Shown in pieces: positions 34,941 through 46,768 of a stretch of DNA of 64,000 bases; the stretch's first letter is position 1, and every line of letters begins with the position of its first letter. The notes beneath the pieces are model-generated. The model did not search any database. It was not told the origin of the DNA and saw only the letters and a program-made list of their open reading frames with translations. Position numbers and translations under genes: made by a program. Source of the stretch: an uncultured Gemmatimonadales bacterium (GTDB lineage: Bacteria > Gemmatimonadota > Gemmatimonadetes > Gemmatimonadales > GWC2-71-9); the NCBI GenBank assembly GCA_963792265.1, contig CAWBVP010000030.1:4612-68611 (forward strand). The letters are read 5' to 3'.

Positions 34941-35650
34941 TGAAGGCGGGGAAGCAGGTAAGCGGGGAGGCAGGGCGGCACATTCAGCTGGAAGATCGGC
35001 TGCGCCTGCTAGGTTCGCGGCACATCCGATTCGTCACCCATAGAAATCGAACTGTGATGCTGAGCCTGAGCCGAAGCGGAATCCTCCGCTTGCATGAGGG
35101 CTACGCTTTTGCGCCGGACCGGGTGCTCAAAGCGATCGTCCGATTCCTGAACCCTCGAGTTCCCCGGGTGCTTCGGCGGGCCGCCGAGCGCGAGTTCCTC
35201 GCCTTTCCGGTCCACGTATATGCGCCCGCGCCGAAACGGGCACCCCAGATGGAGCGGGCGCAACCGGGAGATCTGGTGCTGCTGCACCGGTTGGAGACGC
35301 TCCATCAGGCGCTGAACGCGCAGCACTTCGGCGGAACCCTCGGCCACATTCCCATTCGCCTCTCCGGCCGCATGCGGAGCCGGCTCGGCGAGCTGGCGGT
35401 GGATCTGGAGACGGGCCGGCCCAATGAGATCGCGATCAGCCGCCGGCACATCGCCCGGCATTCGTGGTCGGAGGTGGAGCACACGCTGCTGCACGAGATG
35501 GTGCACCAGTGGCAGGCGGAGGGAGCGCTGCCGGTGGATCACGGTGGCACGTTCAGGAGGAAGGCGCGTGAGGTCGGAGTGGTTCCGGCGGCCAAGCGAA
35601 CCGTCCGGATCCACCCCCCTCCCCCGCTATTATATTCCCGCCAAGAATAG
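34940..35650 (+). CDS. SprT-like metalloprotease domain protein
   Basis: RMRSRLG, TLLHEMVHQW, HGGTF. Confidence 0.85.
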   Translation: MKAGKQVSGEAGRHIQLEDRLRLLGSRHIRFVTHRNRTVMLSLSRSGILRLHEGYAFAPDRVLKAIVRFLNPRVPRVLRRAAEREFLAFPVHVYAPAPKRAPQMERAQPGDLVLLHRLETLHQALNAQHFGGTLGHIPIRLSGRMRSRLGELAVDLETGRPNEIAISRRHIARHSWSEVEHTLLHEMVHQWQAEGALPVDHGGTFRRKAREVGVVPAAKRTVRIHPPPPLLYSRQE

Positions 35651-35672
35651 ACTCCACTCTCACGAGGCAGCG

Positions 35673-36876
35673 ATGGCCACGGCCGCAGGGACATCCCAGT
35701 TTACCGGGGTCGATTTCCTCAACCTCGACTCCCTCCTCTCCGAGGAAGAGCGCGCCGTGCGCGACACGGTGCGCGCCTGGGTGGACGAGAACCTGATCCC
35801 GGTCATCGGCCAGGCCTACGTGGAGGGCAAATTTCCCAAGCAGCTGATCCCGGGAATGGCGGAGCTGGGCCTCTTCGGCGCCAACCTCCCCGAGGAATAC
35901 GGCTGCGCCGGGCTCAACAACGTGGCCTACGGGCTCATCATGCAGGAGCTGGAGCGGGGCGACAGCGGGATCCGCTCCTTTGCCTCGGTGCAGGGCGCGC
36001 TGGTGATGTATCCCGATCTACGCCTTCGGCAGCGACGAGCAGAAGAAGCACTGGCTCCCGCTCCTCGCGTCCGGTCAGGAGATCGGTTGCTTCGGCCTCA
36101 CCGAGCCCGATTTCGGCTCCAACCCGGGCGGCATGATCACCACCGCGCGGGAGACGAAGGACGGCTGGATCCTCAACGGCACCAAGATGTGGATCACCAA
36201 CGGCTCTCAAGCCACCGTCTCCATCGTCTGGGCCAAGACCGGCGACGTCAAAGATCCCAAGTCGATCCGCGGCTTCATCGTCCCCACCGATACCAAGGGC
36301 TACACCGCCAAGGACCAGAAGGGGAAGCTCTCGCTTCGGGCCTCGGACACCAGCGAGATCCATCTGCAGGACGTCCATCTCCCCAAGGACGCGGTGCTGC
36401 CCAAGTCCGGCGGCCTCAAGAGCCCGCTCATGTGCCTCACCCAGGCGCGCTACGGTATTGCCTGGGGCGCCATCGGCGCCGCCATGGCCTGCTACGACGA
36501 GGCGCTTCGCTACGCGGGGAGCCGGGTCATGTTCGACAAGCCCATCGCGGCGACCCAGATCCAGCAGGTCCGCCTGGTCGAGATGCTGACCGAGATCACC
36601 AAGGCGCAGTTCATGACGTTGCAGCTGGGGAAACTAAAGGACGCGGGCAGCATGACTCCATTCCAGGTCTCGCTCTGCAAGCGGAACAACGTGAACATGG
36701 CGTGCGAGTGCGCCCGCGAGGCCCGCCGGCTCCTCGGTGCCAACGGCATCCTGGCCGAGTATCATTCGATGCGGCATATGGCTAACCTGGAGTCGGTGTA
36801 CACTTACGAGGGCACCCACGATATGCACTCGCTGATCGTGGGCGAAGCCATCACCGGACACGGCGCCTACACGTGA
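35673..36876 (+). CDS. Acyl-CoA dehydrogenase (glutaryl-CoA dehydrogenase-like); one frameshift
   Basis: ELERGDSGIRS, GTKMWITNG, KLSLRASDT, NLESVYTYEGTHD. Confidence 0.92.
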
Positions 36877-36946
36877 CCTTCGTCACGGCCTGAGACCAGC
36901 CAAGTTGCGACTCTGAAGACCAGGAAACTTCTTCAGGGAGCAGGCC

Positions 36947-37180
36947 ATGGCGAACCGAGTGACAGTCTGGTGGCAAGGCGAGGAATACGACGCGGTTCGC
37001 CGGCAGGGGCGGGATGCTGCTCCCGATCCGGCTCCGGTCTGGCAGTTGCTGCACGACGGGGCACCCGTCACCAGCTTCGCGGCGGAGCCGGATGAATCCG
37101 CTGGTGCGGTGAAAGACAAGATCCTCGGCTGGCTGGAAGCCAATCGCAGCCGTCCGGCGATGGACGTCGGCCGGCAGTAA
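36947..37180 (+). CDS. Small hypothetical protein
   Basis: 77-aa ORF with ATG and purine-rich upstream sequence; followed by a GC hairpin at ~37206-37236. Confidence 0.6.
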   Translation: MANRVTVWWQGEEYDAVRRQGRDAAPDPAPVWQLLHDGAPVTSFAAEPDESAGAVKDKILGWLEANRSRPAMDVGRQ

Positions 37181-37261
37181 CTGCGCGGGCAGACTCCCGC
37201 AGGGTAGCCCCCCGTCGGGACTCTCGGGGGGCTTTGCACGTAGCGCCTTCGCGGGTTATCA

Positions 37262-38044
37262 ATGCCGTTCCTACGCGTCGCTTTGCTTGCCTTTGGCCTT
37301 ATCTTCGTCGCTGCCCCAGCGGCTCTTCGGGTGAGCGGCTCCAAGGGACCGAGTCCGGCCGCTCATTTGCGAAGATTTCTCACTCGAGCTCTCGATCTCA
37401 GCCGCCTCGTGCTTACCGAGGGGCCGGCCAAGGCCTGGTCGGCAATCCGCTACCGGGTCTACTCGGATTCGACATCGCTGGGCCTTCGCCGGGACCTGCG
37501 CCTGCCCTTCGACAAGCCCACGGCCAAGATCCCGATCACCATCCGCCCTATCTCCTCGAGCGACGACATGTCAGCGCTCGATCCCGAGCCCGATCTGCCT
37601 CCGGACGAAGCCATGTCCCGTCTGGCGCAGCGCCGGCTGCTGGGATCGGGGCTCCGGGTGTGTTACGTCGCGATCGCGGACGATGGCAAGCCCTGCTACA
37701 TGCAATGGGCCATTCCGGCAACCGAAAACGAACGGATGCGCGCGGTGTTCGGGAACCTGTATCCCAAACTCGGCCCCGATGAGGCCCTGCTGGAGGGGGC
37801 GTATACGCCGACTGCCTATCGGGGAAAGGGCATCATGGGTGCGGCCATGGCGCAGGTGGCGGAGCGGGCGGCCGATTTCGGAGCCCGCTGGGTCATCACC
37901 TTCGTGGACGAGCGGAACTCGGCATCGGTGAAGGGGTGCGTGCGCGCAGGGTTTTCTCCCTACCTGAGACGGCACGAGAAATTCCGCTGGTTCTACCGGC
38001 AGATTCAGTTCGAGCCGATCGAGGCGACGGGCAACGTATCCTGA
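37262..38044 (+). CDS. GNAT-like acetyltransferase
   Basis: AYTPTAYRGKGI (motif A) and N.ASVKG..RAGF. Confidence 0.75.
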   Translation: MPFLRVALLAFGLIFVAAPAALRVSGSKGPSPAAHLRRFLTRALDLSRLVLTEGPAKAWSAIRYRVYSDSTSLGLRRDLRLPFDKPTAKIPITIRPISSSDDMSALDPEPDLPPDEAMSRLAQRRLLGSGLRVCYVAIADDGKPCYMQWAIPATENERMRAVFGNLYPKLGPDEALLEGAYTPTAYRGKGIMGAAMAQVAERAADFGARWVITFVDERNSASVKGCVRAGFSPYLRRHEKFRWFYRQIQFEPIEATGNVS

Positions 38045-40234
38045 TGCAGCTCTCCCCAGCTTCTCTGAAGGTCGCTCTCTGCCTCTCCCTTCTTCCCGCG
38101 ACCGTTTTCGCTCAGCAGCCTGACAGCACCGTCGGCGATACGCTCCGGCGCGACACCACCCGGGTCACCAAGCTCCAGACCATCGAGGTGACCAGCTCGA
38201 TCGCGCCCACCGCTGGACCGACCATCGGATCCGGCATCCCGGCGCGGATCTCGACCGTCACCGGCGCGGCCATCGATGCCTGGGAGCCGCGACTGCTGGC
38301 CGACGCGCTCGCCACCCAGCCGGGAATCTCGCTCTACGATGATCTGGGCAGCCCGTTCAAGCTCAACATGACCACCCGGGGCTTCAACGTGGGACCGGTG
38401 GTGGGGCTGCCGCCCGGCGTCTCGGTGTTCCTGGATGGCGTGCGGCAGAACGAGCCCGATGCGGCGGAGGTGAACTTCGATCTTCTGCCGATGGAGCACG
38501 TCCAGCGAGTCGAGCTGCTGAGCGGCTCCGGCTCCCTGTTGGGTCCGAACTCGCTCGGTGGCGCGGTCAACCTGATCACCCGGAGGGGGAGCGGCCCGCT
38601 CGAGGCCGAGGCCGAGCTGTCGGGCGGGTCGTTCGGATCGTACTCTGGCGAGGCGTCGATCGACGGCCTCAGTCGGGGCGGCTGGGACTACTACCTTGCC
38701 GGCGGCTACGAGAACGAGGACGGCTGGCGGCAGGCCACCGGCGCCGAAAACCTGAACGGCTTTCTCAACCTGGGACGCAGAGGACCGGAGCGAGGCATCA
38801 GCTTCCAGGGGTTCGGCGCCGAGTCCAAGGCGCAGACCGCCGGATCACTCCCCGAGAGCATCTTCCAGAGCTCTCCCGCAAACCAATTTCACGGTGGGCG
38901 ACTTCGAGGATCTGAACCAGCTGCAGGGCTCGGTCTCGGGTTACGCGTCACTGGGGAATGGTCGCGGCTCGTTTACCGCCTATGTGCGTCGAAGTCACGC
39001 CGAGCGATTCAACGTCAATCAGGCGCCGGACAACAACGTTCGCTCGTTCACCAATAACCGGACCATCGGTGGCAACCTCGACTGGCGCTGGACCAAACCG
39101 CGTGCCAACGGGAGTCTCTCCATCCGTCTCGGCGCCGACGGCGGCGGCCAACCGAGTGCACATCCAGTTGCTCGAGGAAGATCCCATCAATCCGTCCAAC
39201 ACTACCCTGACCACCGACGTCAAGAGCCCCAGCTACGACGTGGCGGGGTACCGCTGGCCGATCTGCGGCTCCAGGACGTCACCTTCTCTGGCGGCTTTCG
39301 TTACGACTATATCCACATCCCGTTCCAGGACCAGCTCGATCCCACCGGCGACACGACCAGCAACTTCAGCCGGCTCAGTCCGCGGGCGGTGTGAGCCTGG
39401 ATGTCGGCCCCTGGCGCATCGGTCTACGCCTCGGTGGGGCAGAGCTTCCGGGCGCCCGCGGTGCTGGAGCTGGCCTGCGCCGACGAGACCGCGGCCTGCC
39501 CGCTGCCCTTTGCCCTGGGCGACGATCCGCCGCTCAAGCCGGTGGTGGCCACGACCTTCGAGGTGGGAGGCCAGCTGGTGCGGGGTCCCGCAATTCTGAC
39601 CGCATCGGTGTACCGGACTAACGTGCGAGACGACATCTTTTTTATCCAGTCGCCGAACGCCGTGTTCGAGGGATTCTTCAACAACATCGGGGACACTCGC
39701 CGCGAGGGAGTCGAGCTCGGAGTCCAGGTCATCCCTACCGAGCGGCTCTCGCTCTACGCCAATTACGCTTTCACCCAGGCCACCTTCCGGGGCCCGGCCG
39801 AGATCTTCAGCATCCGGGCCGACACCGCATTCAGCGGGTCACCTCTCGCCGGGCCCAACGCTGTGAGCGTGGGTGACCGGCTTCCGACGATTCCGGATCA
39901 CCAGGTGAAGCTGGGTGGATTGCTCAGCCTGCCGGCCGGCATTCAGTTCGGGGTAGACGCGCGGTATTTCGGGAAGCAATGGCTCAGGGGCGATGAAGCC
40001 AATGAGACCCAACCGCTCGGCGGGTACTTCGTGGCCAATGCGCGGGTCGGCTACACTCGAGAGAAGTGGGAGGTGTCGGCAGTGGTGGACAACCTCCTCG
40101 ACTCGCACCATCCCATCTTCGGAACCTTCAATGAGAATCGTCAGACCGGCGTCCTGGAGCGCTTCCTGACCCCGCTCAACGCGCGGACGTTCAAGCTGGT
40201 TGTCCGCCGCGGCTTCGGCGGACCCCCAGACTAG
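38044..40234 (+). CDS. TonB-dependent receptor; frameshifted
   Basis: Plug motif RGF...VFLDGV...RVELLSG...GGAVNLIT; barrel ending VDNLLD...ARTFKL. Confidence 0.9.
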
Positions 40235-40302
40235 TGACCCTGGTCACGGACCGACACAATGTGCAACGCCATCCTGTTGGGGGCTCAAACATGACCTAAT
40301 AG

Positions 40303-41214
40303 GTGGAGGCAATCATGCAGGGTACAGCGATCGCGGTGCCGGTCCAAAGCACCAGTGACGCGTTCAAGGCTTCTCTCGCCGGCGCTCTCAACACCTTCCT
40401 TTCCGCGATTCCCCGGATCATCGGTTTTCTCGTCGTCCTCATAGTCGGCTGGATCATCTCCTCCCTCCTGGCGCGAGGGGTGCAGGCGCTGCTTCATGCG
40501 GTCAGATTCAACGACCTGGCGCGGCGTTCCGGATTTGCCGGCTTCGTCCAGAAGATGGGGGTGAAGGACGACTCGGCCGGCGTGATCGCGAGCATAGTCA
40601 AGTGGTTCGTCCGGTTGATTACGCTGGTGGTGGCGTTCGACACGTTGGGACTTCCCGCGGTGTCCAACGTGCTGCAGCAGCTCCTGCTCTGGCTGCCGAA
40701 CCTGGTCGTAGCTCTGGTGGTGCTGGTCATCGGCGGGCTCGCGGCCAATGCACTGTCTCAGCTGGTTCGAGGGGCCACTGCCGAAGCCGGCTTCAGCAAC
40801 CCCAACATGCTGGCAACGGTCACCCGGGTAGCGGTTTGGGCGTTCACCGTCATCGTTGCGGTCAACCAGCTCGGCATTGCAACCACGCTGATCAACACCC
40901 TGTTGATCGGGGTCGTAGGGGCCTTCACCATCGCGTTCGGACTGGCGTTCGGGCTCGGCGGCCGGGACAAGGCAGCTCAACTGCTCGACCGAATTGGTCA
41001 GGAGGCCCAGCGCGCTGGACCGAAGCTCGAAAAGGCCGCCGCAGCCGCAGGCCAGCAGGCCAAGGGGATGGCGCAACAAGCTCAGTCAGCGGGGCAGCAC
41101 TCGGCCGGACCCACGGGCAACGGCAACTGGGTCGAGCGGTCGGAGGGTGACCGTCGCCGAGTCGAACGGCCTGGCATCAGGGACCGCCGGATGGGTGGAG
41201 ACGCCGCCAGCTGA
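40303..41214 (+). CDS. MscS-associated TM-helix repeat membrane protein
   Basis: Two repeats PRIIGFLVVLIVGW / PNLVVALVVLVIG; GLAFGLGG. Confidence 0.8.
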   Translation: MEAIMQGTAIAVPVQSTSDAFKASLAGALNTFLSAIPRIIGFLVVLIVGWIISSLLARGVQALLHAVRFNDLARRSGFAGFVQKMGVKDDSAGVIASIVKWFVRLITLVVAFDTLGLPAVSNVLQQLLLWLPNLVVALVVLVIGGLAANALSQLVRGATAEAGFSNPNMLATVTRVAVWAFTVIVAVNQLGIATTLINTLLIGVVGAFTIAFGLAFGLGGRDKAAQLLDRIGQEAQRAGPKLEKAAAAAGQQAKGMAQQAQSAGQHSAGPTGNGNWVERSEGDRRRVERPGIRDRRMGGDAAS

Positions 41215-41340
41215 TCAGGCGAGAGCCGAATGCGCGCGAGGCCACTGCCAACGGTGGCCTCGTTGCGTTTCCATCTTGCGGCGAGCTAGCTTTGCCCCGT
41301 CATCGACAGCTATTCAGCTCATACCCAATAGCCATTACCA

Positions 41341-42093
41341 ATGAAGATTGCCGTCTGTATCAAACGAGTGCCGGACATGGAGATGCGGTTCTCCATCGCG
41401 GGAGACCGCAAGTCGCTGGAGCCGGGCGGCGCCAAGTATGAAATGGGAGACTTCGATGGCTACGCGCTCGAGGTCGGTCTCCAGCTGGTCGAGAAACAGG
41501 GACCCGGCGAGGTGGTGATCTACTCGATAGGCCCCGACGGGGTGCAGGAGATCCTAAGGAAGGGTCTTGCCATGGGGGCAACCCGCGCGGTGCAGCTCAA
41601 GGCCGAGGAAGTCCCCTTCGACGGGCTTGCCATTGCCCAGGCGCTCGCTGCCGAGCTCAAGGATGGCGGGTACGACCTCATTCTGTTCGGCCGCATGGCC
41701 ACCGATACAGCCAACGGAACTGTGGGACCGATGACCGCGGAGCTGCTCGGCTTGCCTTGCGTCACCTCGATCTCGCATCTGGAAATCGCGGACGGACGTG
41801 GATCTGCTCGTCGCGACCTCGAGGGCGCGGCGGAAACACTGGAGTTCCCGCTCCCCGCCGTGCTTACGATCGACGAGGGGATCGCCCGTCCCCGGCTCGC
41901 GTCACTCAAGGGCATCATGGCCGCCAAGAAGAAGCCGCTGGACGTAAAGCCGGCACAGCTGGGAGAGTCGCGGCTGGTCGTCGAGTCGATGGCGCTTCCA
42001 CCGGACCGCCCGCCAGGCCGCATCATCGGCGAAGGTGCCGCCGCGGTGCCGGAGCTGCTGCGCCTCCTGCAGACCGAAGCCAAGGTGTTGTGA
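41341..42093 (+). CDS. etfB: Electron transfer flavoprotein beta subunit
   Basis: KIAVCIKRVPD, DLILFG, GIMAAKKK. Confidence 0.93.
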   Translation: MKIAVCIKRVPDMEMRFSIAGDRKSLEPGGAKYEMGDFDGYALEVGLQLVEKQGPGEVVIYSIGPDGVQEILRKGLAMGATRAVQLKAEEVPFDGLAIAQALAAELKDGGYDLILFGRMATDTANGTVGPMTAELLGLPCVTSISHLEIADGRGSARRDLEGAAETLEFPLPAVLTIDEGIARPRLASLKGIMAAKKKPLDVKPAQLGESRLVVESMALPPDRPPGRIIGEGAAAVPELLRLLQTEAKVL

Positions 42094-43099
42094 TGGCTCC
42101 GATTCTCGCGTTCGCGGAGACCCGGGGCGGCGATCTCCGCAAGGTGGCGCTCGAGACCGTCACCGCAGCGAGGCAGGTGGCCGACTCGTCCGGTGGCGGC
42201 GAAGTGCACGCGATGATCATCGGCGCTCCCGGGATCGCGTCCCGCGCGGAGGCGCTGGGGCGGTACGGGGCTGACGTGGTGATTGCGGTCGAGCACGCCG
42301 GATTGGGCGCCTACAACCCCGAGGTGTTCGCGGCTTCAGTAGCAGATCGGATCAAGTCAGGCGGATACCGCGCCGCGTTGTTCTCTGCCTCTGCTCAGGG
42401 CCGGGACCTGGCGCCAAGGGTCGCGGCCCGGCTCGGTGTCAGTCTCGCGTCCGACGTGACCGGCTTCGAGCTCCAGGGCGACTCGGTCTTGGCCCGGCAC
42501 CCCGCATACACCGGCAAGGTCATCGTCACGCTGCGTCTCAGGGGAACACCGGCGGTGCTTTCGATCCGCCCGGGGGCCGTCACGCCCGGTGGAGAAGATG
42601 CGTTCGCCACGGCTGGAGACCGCTGCCCCGGCCATGGAACCGGGCGCGGCTCGGGTGACGGTGAAGGAGTCGGCTCCCCGCGGTCCGACCAAGCTCGACC
42701 TGGGAGAGGCCTCGATCATCGTGAGTGGTGGTCGCGGTCTCCGTGCGGCGGAGAACTTCAAGCTGGTGGAGGATCTCGCCGCCGCGCTGGGTAACGCAGC
42801 GGTCGGTGCCACCCGGGCGGTGACCGACGATGGCTGGCGCCCGGCAACCGACCAGATCGGCCAGACCGGCCGGTTGGTCAGTCCCGATCTTTATATCGCG
42901 GTGGGGATCTCAGGTGCCATTCAGCATCTCGCCGGCATGCGCACGGCCAAGACCATCGTGGCGATCAACAAGGACAAGGACGCCCCGATCTTCAAGGTGG
43001 CGGACTACGGGATCGTAGGGGATCTGTTCGAGGTGGTGCCCGCGGCTCACGGAGGAGATCCGAAAGGTTCGTCAGTCAACCTCGGACACCATAGCCTGA
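42093..43099 (+). CDS. etfA: Electron transfer flavoprotein alpha subunit; frameshifted
   Basis: [35 protein letters not shown]. Confidence 0.93.
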
Positions 43100-44377
43100 A
43101 TTCGCCGCACCCCTTCCGCCACCGCTGCTTCCTCCGGACCAAATGAGAACCGCACGTAGTGGCGGAAGCGCGACGGGCGGCCGCTGCGGCGCTTGCCTGG
43201 ATTCACGTCGAAGAATTCACCCGGTACGCAGATGACCTTTCGCTCCAGCGCCGCCCGGAAGAAGGACATCCCGTCGTTGATCGATGCCGGCAGCCCGGAG
43301 ACGTCTCCCCAGCAGTAGAAAGTTCCCTCCGGCTCCAGGTCGAACCGAATGCCGGCCTCGCTGTAGCCCCTCGCTCAGGATCGCACGCTTCTTCAGGAAC
43401 GTCTTCCGGATGGCCGCAGTCTCGGCCCGCACCAGATCCGGCGCGAGCAGCGGAATGGCCGACCGTTGGAGCGGCTTGCTGCCGCCACCGTCGAGGAAAG
43501 AGCCGCTGCTGGAGACCGCCTCGATGACCTGCTGGGGAGCTACGATCCAGGTGCAGCGCCATCCCGGATAGCGCCAGTTCTTGGTGAACCCATCGAAGAG
43601 GACGACCGGGTCGGCATCCACGTCGTCCACGTAGCGGGCCGCGGAGACGAGGCCGCCATTGTCCGCGGGGTCACTCCAGATGTAGTGGGAGTAGAACTCG
43701 TCGATGAGGAGCGAGCAGCTCAGCTCGCGAGCGACTTTCACCCAGCTCGCGAGCTCCTCATCCTGGATCACCTTTCCGGTAGGGTTGCAGGGATTGGACA
43801 GGAGCAGCGCCGAGAGTCCCCGGCCGGTAATCTCGCGGCGCAGCTCGTCGAGGCTGAAGTGGTAGCCGGTCTGTCCTTCGAGGAGGATCGGGATCGAGGT
43901 GAAGAGCTTGAAGATGTCGAGCAGCTCCTCGTACGCGGTGTAGTCCGGCAGGAAGTGTCCCAGGTTGATCTCGCCGAGTGCCGCGACCGCCCGAGTGAGC
44001 GAAGCGCGGCCCCCGCCGCAGATGCAGACGTTGTGCTCGGTGTATTTCGACCGCTTGTCCTGGCGGTAGAGCTCGTTGTACAGGTCGGCTACCGCCCGCC
44101 GCAATTCCCACAATCCCGGAATCGGCGCGTAGTCCTGATCGCCGGGCCCGATCTTCACCTGGGTCACCCGCGGCGGTGCACCCGGCAGCGGGCCGGTCTC
44201 CGGCTGGCCTTGGCCCAGGTTGCACCAGTCAGGGTGACCGTAGCGGTAGCCCAGCCGTCCCGCCTCTGCCATCACGAAGATGACGCCGGTAAAGGGAACC
44301 GGACGGAAACCGGGAATGCTCACGTAGTCCTCGCTTTGACCAGAGCCATGGTCAAACTTAAGTTGCGCCGTCTTCAA
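43072..44377 (-). CDS. PLP-dependent class I/II aminotransferase; frameshifted
   Basis: [37 protein letters not shown]. Confidence 0.88.
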
Positions 44378-46054
44378 TGTTCAGGAGCGGGTTCCCAGTG
44401 CCGACGATTCTCCCCATTCGCCACCAGCGTAGCCTCCCGCTCGACCGGCTGATCTCGCGTGATTCCCCCAATGCCGAAGCGATCGAGATGGACGTGGTCA
44501 TCGTCGGCGCGGGCCCGGCCGGACTTGCCTGCGCGCTCGAGCTGGACCGCCTGGCCAAGCAGGACCGGGAGGCGGGCGGGGGAATGCCCGATCTCAGCAT
44601 TGCCGTTCTCGAGAAGGCCGGCAGTCTGGGCGAGCACAGCCTCTCGGGCGCGGTGGTCAATCCCCGCGCCTTCCGGGAGCTGTTCCCCGATGTCAAGGTC
44701 GAGGAGCTGCCCTTCCGCCAACCGGTCGAGACCGAGTCGGTGTATCTGCTTACTGAGCGGCGGGCGCAGCGCATTCCCACGCCTCCCACCATGCATAACA
44801 AGGGCTATTACACCGCCTCGCTCTGCGAGATCGTCCGCTGGCTGGGCGAGCGCGCCGAGCAGGCCGGTATCAACCTGTTCGCCGGGTTCCCAGTGGACTC
44901 GCTGCTGGTGGAGAACTCAGTGGTCCGCGGGGTGCGCACCACTCCCTCCGGCCTCGATCGGGATGGCAAGCCCGGCTCGGGCTACGCCGAGCCCACCGAT
45001 GTCACGGCGCGGGTCACCGTGCTTGCCGAAGGGACCCGGGGTCTCCTGGCTCAAGCCTACCGGGAGTGGCAGCAGATCGGGTCATCCAACCCGCAGCTGT
45101 TTGCCCTGGGCGTGAAGGAGGTGTGGCAGACGACGCGCCCGCTCGACCGGGTGGTACACACCCTGGGATGGCCGCTTCCCACCGACGCCTTCGGGGGCAG
45201 CTTCATGTACCCCCTGGGACCGGACCAGGTCGCTCTCGGCCTGGTTGTGGGGTTGGACTATCACGACGCCAATCTCGATGTGCATGACCTGCTCCAGCGG
45301 CTGAAGCTGCATCCATTCTTCCGGCAGTATCTGGAAGGTGGCCAGCTGCTCGAGTGGGGCGCCAAGACCATCCCCGAGGGCGGGTACTACTCGCTGCCCG
45401 AGCGGCGCTATGGAGATGGTGTTCTGCTGGTGGGGGACACGGCGGGGTTTGTCGACGTCCCCTCGCTCAAAGGGATCCACTACGCCATGCAGTCGGGGAT
45501 CTATGCCGCGCGGGCGGCATTCGCCGGACTCAAGGCAGGCGATGTCTCCGCGGGCGCGCTGGCTCCTTACGACCGGATGGTGAACGAGAGCTACATCGCA
45601 GCCGACCTGTACCGGACCCGGAACATGCGGCTGGCATTCAAGGACGGATTCTTCCTGGGCGGGGCCAAGGCTGGTCTCATGACCCTCACGGGCGGACGCT
45701 TTCCCGGCGGCAAGATCGACATGCCGGCAGACGCATCGGTTCCGCGGACCGCGGCCGGCCGGCCCTCAAGTTCCCCGCACAGCTCGCTCACCGTCGAGCA
45801 AACTCGATGCGGTGTTCAAGTCGGGCAACGCCACCCGTGACACCATACCCTCGCACCTGCTCATCGGCCCGGACATCACCCCCGAAGTCGCCGACTTCTA
45901 TGCCCATGTATGCCCCGCCGGGGTGTACGAGCGGGTGGGCGACCAGCTCCGGGTGAACGCCCCCAACTGTATCGACTGTAAGGCCACCGATGTGCTCGGA
46001 CCTCGTTGGACACCGCGCGAAGGAGGTAGCGGACCCAAGTACCGGCTGATGTGA
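44377..46054 (+). CDS. ETF-ubiquinone oxidoreductase; frameshifted
   Basis: VGAGPAGL, SLSGAV, KGIHYAMQSG; C-terminal CPAGVYE..NCIDCKA. Confidence 0.92.
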
Positions 46055-46351
46055 CAACCCCGGCGCTACGGCACTGCGACTTCCTGCAGCACTCATAAGC
46101 TCCCTCTACAACAGCTTCGGTCATTTCGCCTCGCAGTGCTGTTTCCTGCGTGGCTGATTCTTCAACGGTGTCGCGTTCTTATGAATTGTGGGAACGGCGG
46201 GTCTTACCGAAAATAGATGTGCATCAAAGCCTTCGGTACGCACAGTAGGGACGGGCGACAACAAACGGTCAACGGTGCGCCGGGATTTCATCTCAGAGGC
46301 ATCGTGGGCCGAATGGCCGCTCGCCACCTGCGCTGCTTGAAAGCAGGAGGA

Positions 46352-46768
46352 ATGATGCCGCGAGCTGGACACATGACGGCCTTCGCTTTCGCGCTCGGAC
46401 TGAGCCTCGCTGCGCCGCTGGATGCGCAGGGTCAGACCGCGAGCGCGGCGTGGCAATCGACGCCGGCATCGATCCTGAAGAATGCTTTGCGCGACCTCGT
46501 CGCCGCCGAGGACAAGTACCGGCTCACTCACCCGACCTATGCTGGATCGGTTGAGCTGCTGCCGGTGAAGCCGGGCGCCGACGTGAAGGTTCAGATTCTG
46601 CGGGTCACCGCGGCGGGATGGCGGGCCAAGGCGACTCACCGGGCTCGGCCGGGACGGAGCTGTGTGGTGTTCGTGGGACAACTGGGTGGCTTGGAGCTTC
46701 CAAAGACCGACGGAGACGGAGAGATGGCGGGAGAGGAAAGGGTGCCGCTCTGTGACCGGATGGAGTAA
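46352..46768 (+). CDS. Secreted hypothetical protein resembling a pilin head domain
   Basis: AGGAGG RBS; signal peptide; LKNALRDLVAAEDKY..TY...GWRA.ATH...C. Confidence 0.65.
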   Translation: MMPRAGHMTAFAFALGLSLAAPLDAQGQTASAAWQSTPASILKNALRDLVAAEDKYRLTHPTYAGSVELLPVKPGADVKVQILRVTAAGWRAKATHRARPGRSCVVFVGQLGGLELPKTDGDGEMAGEERVPLCDRME

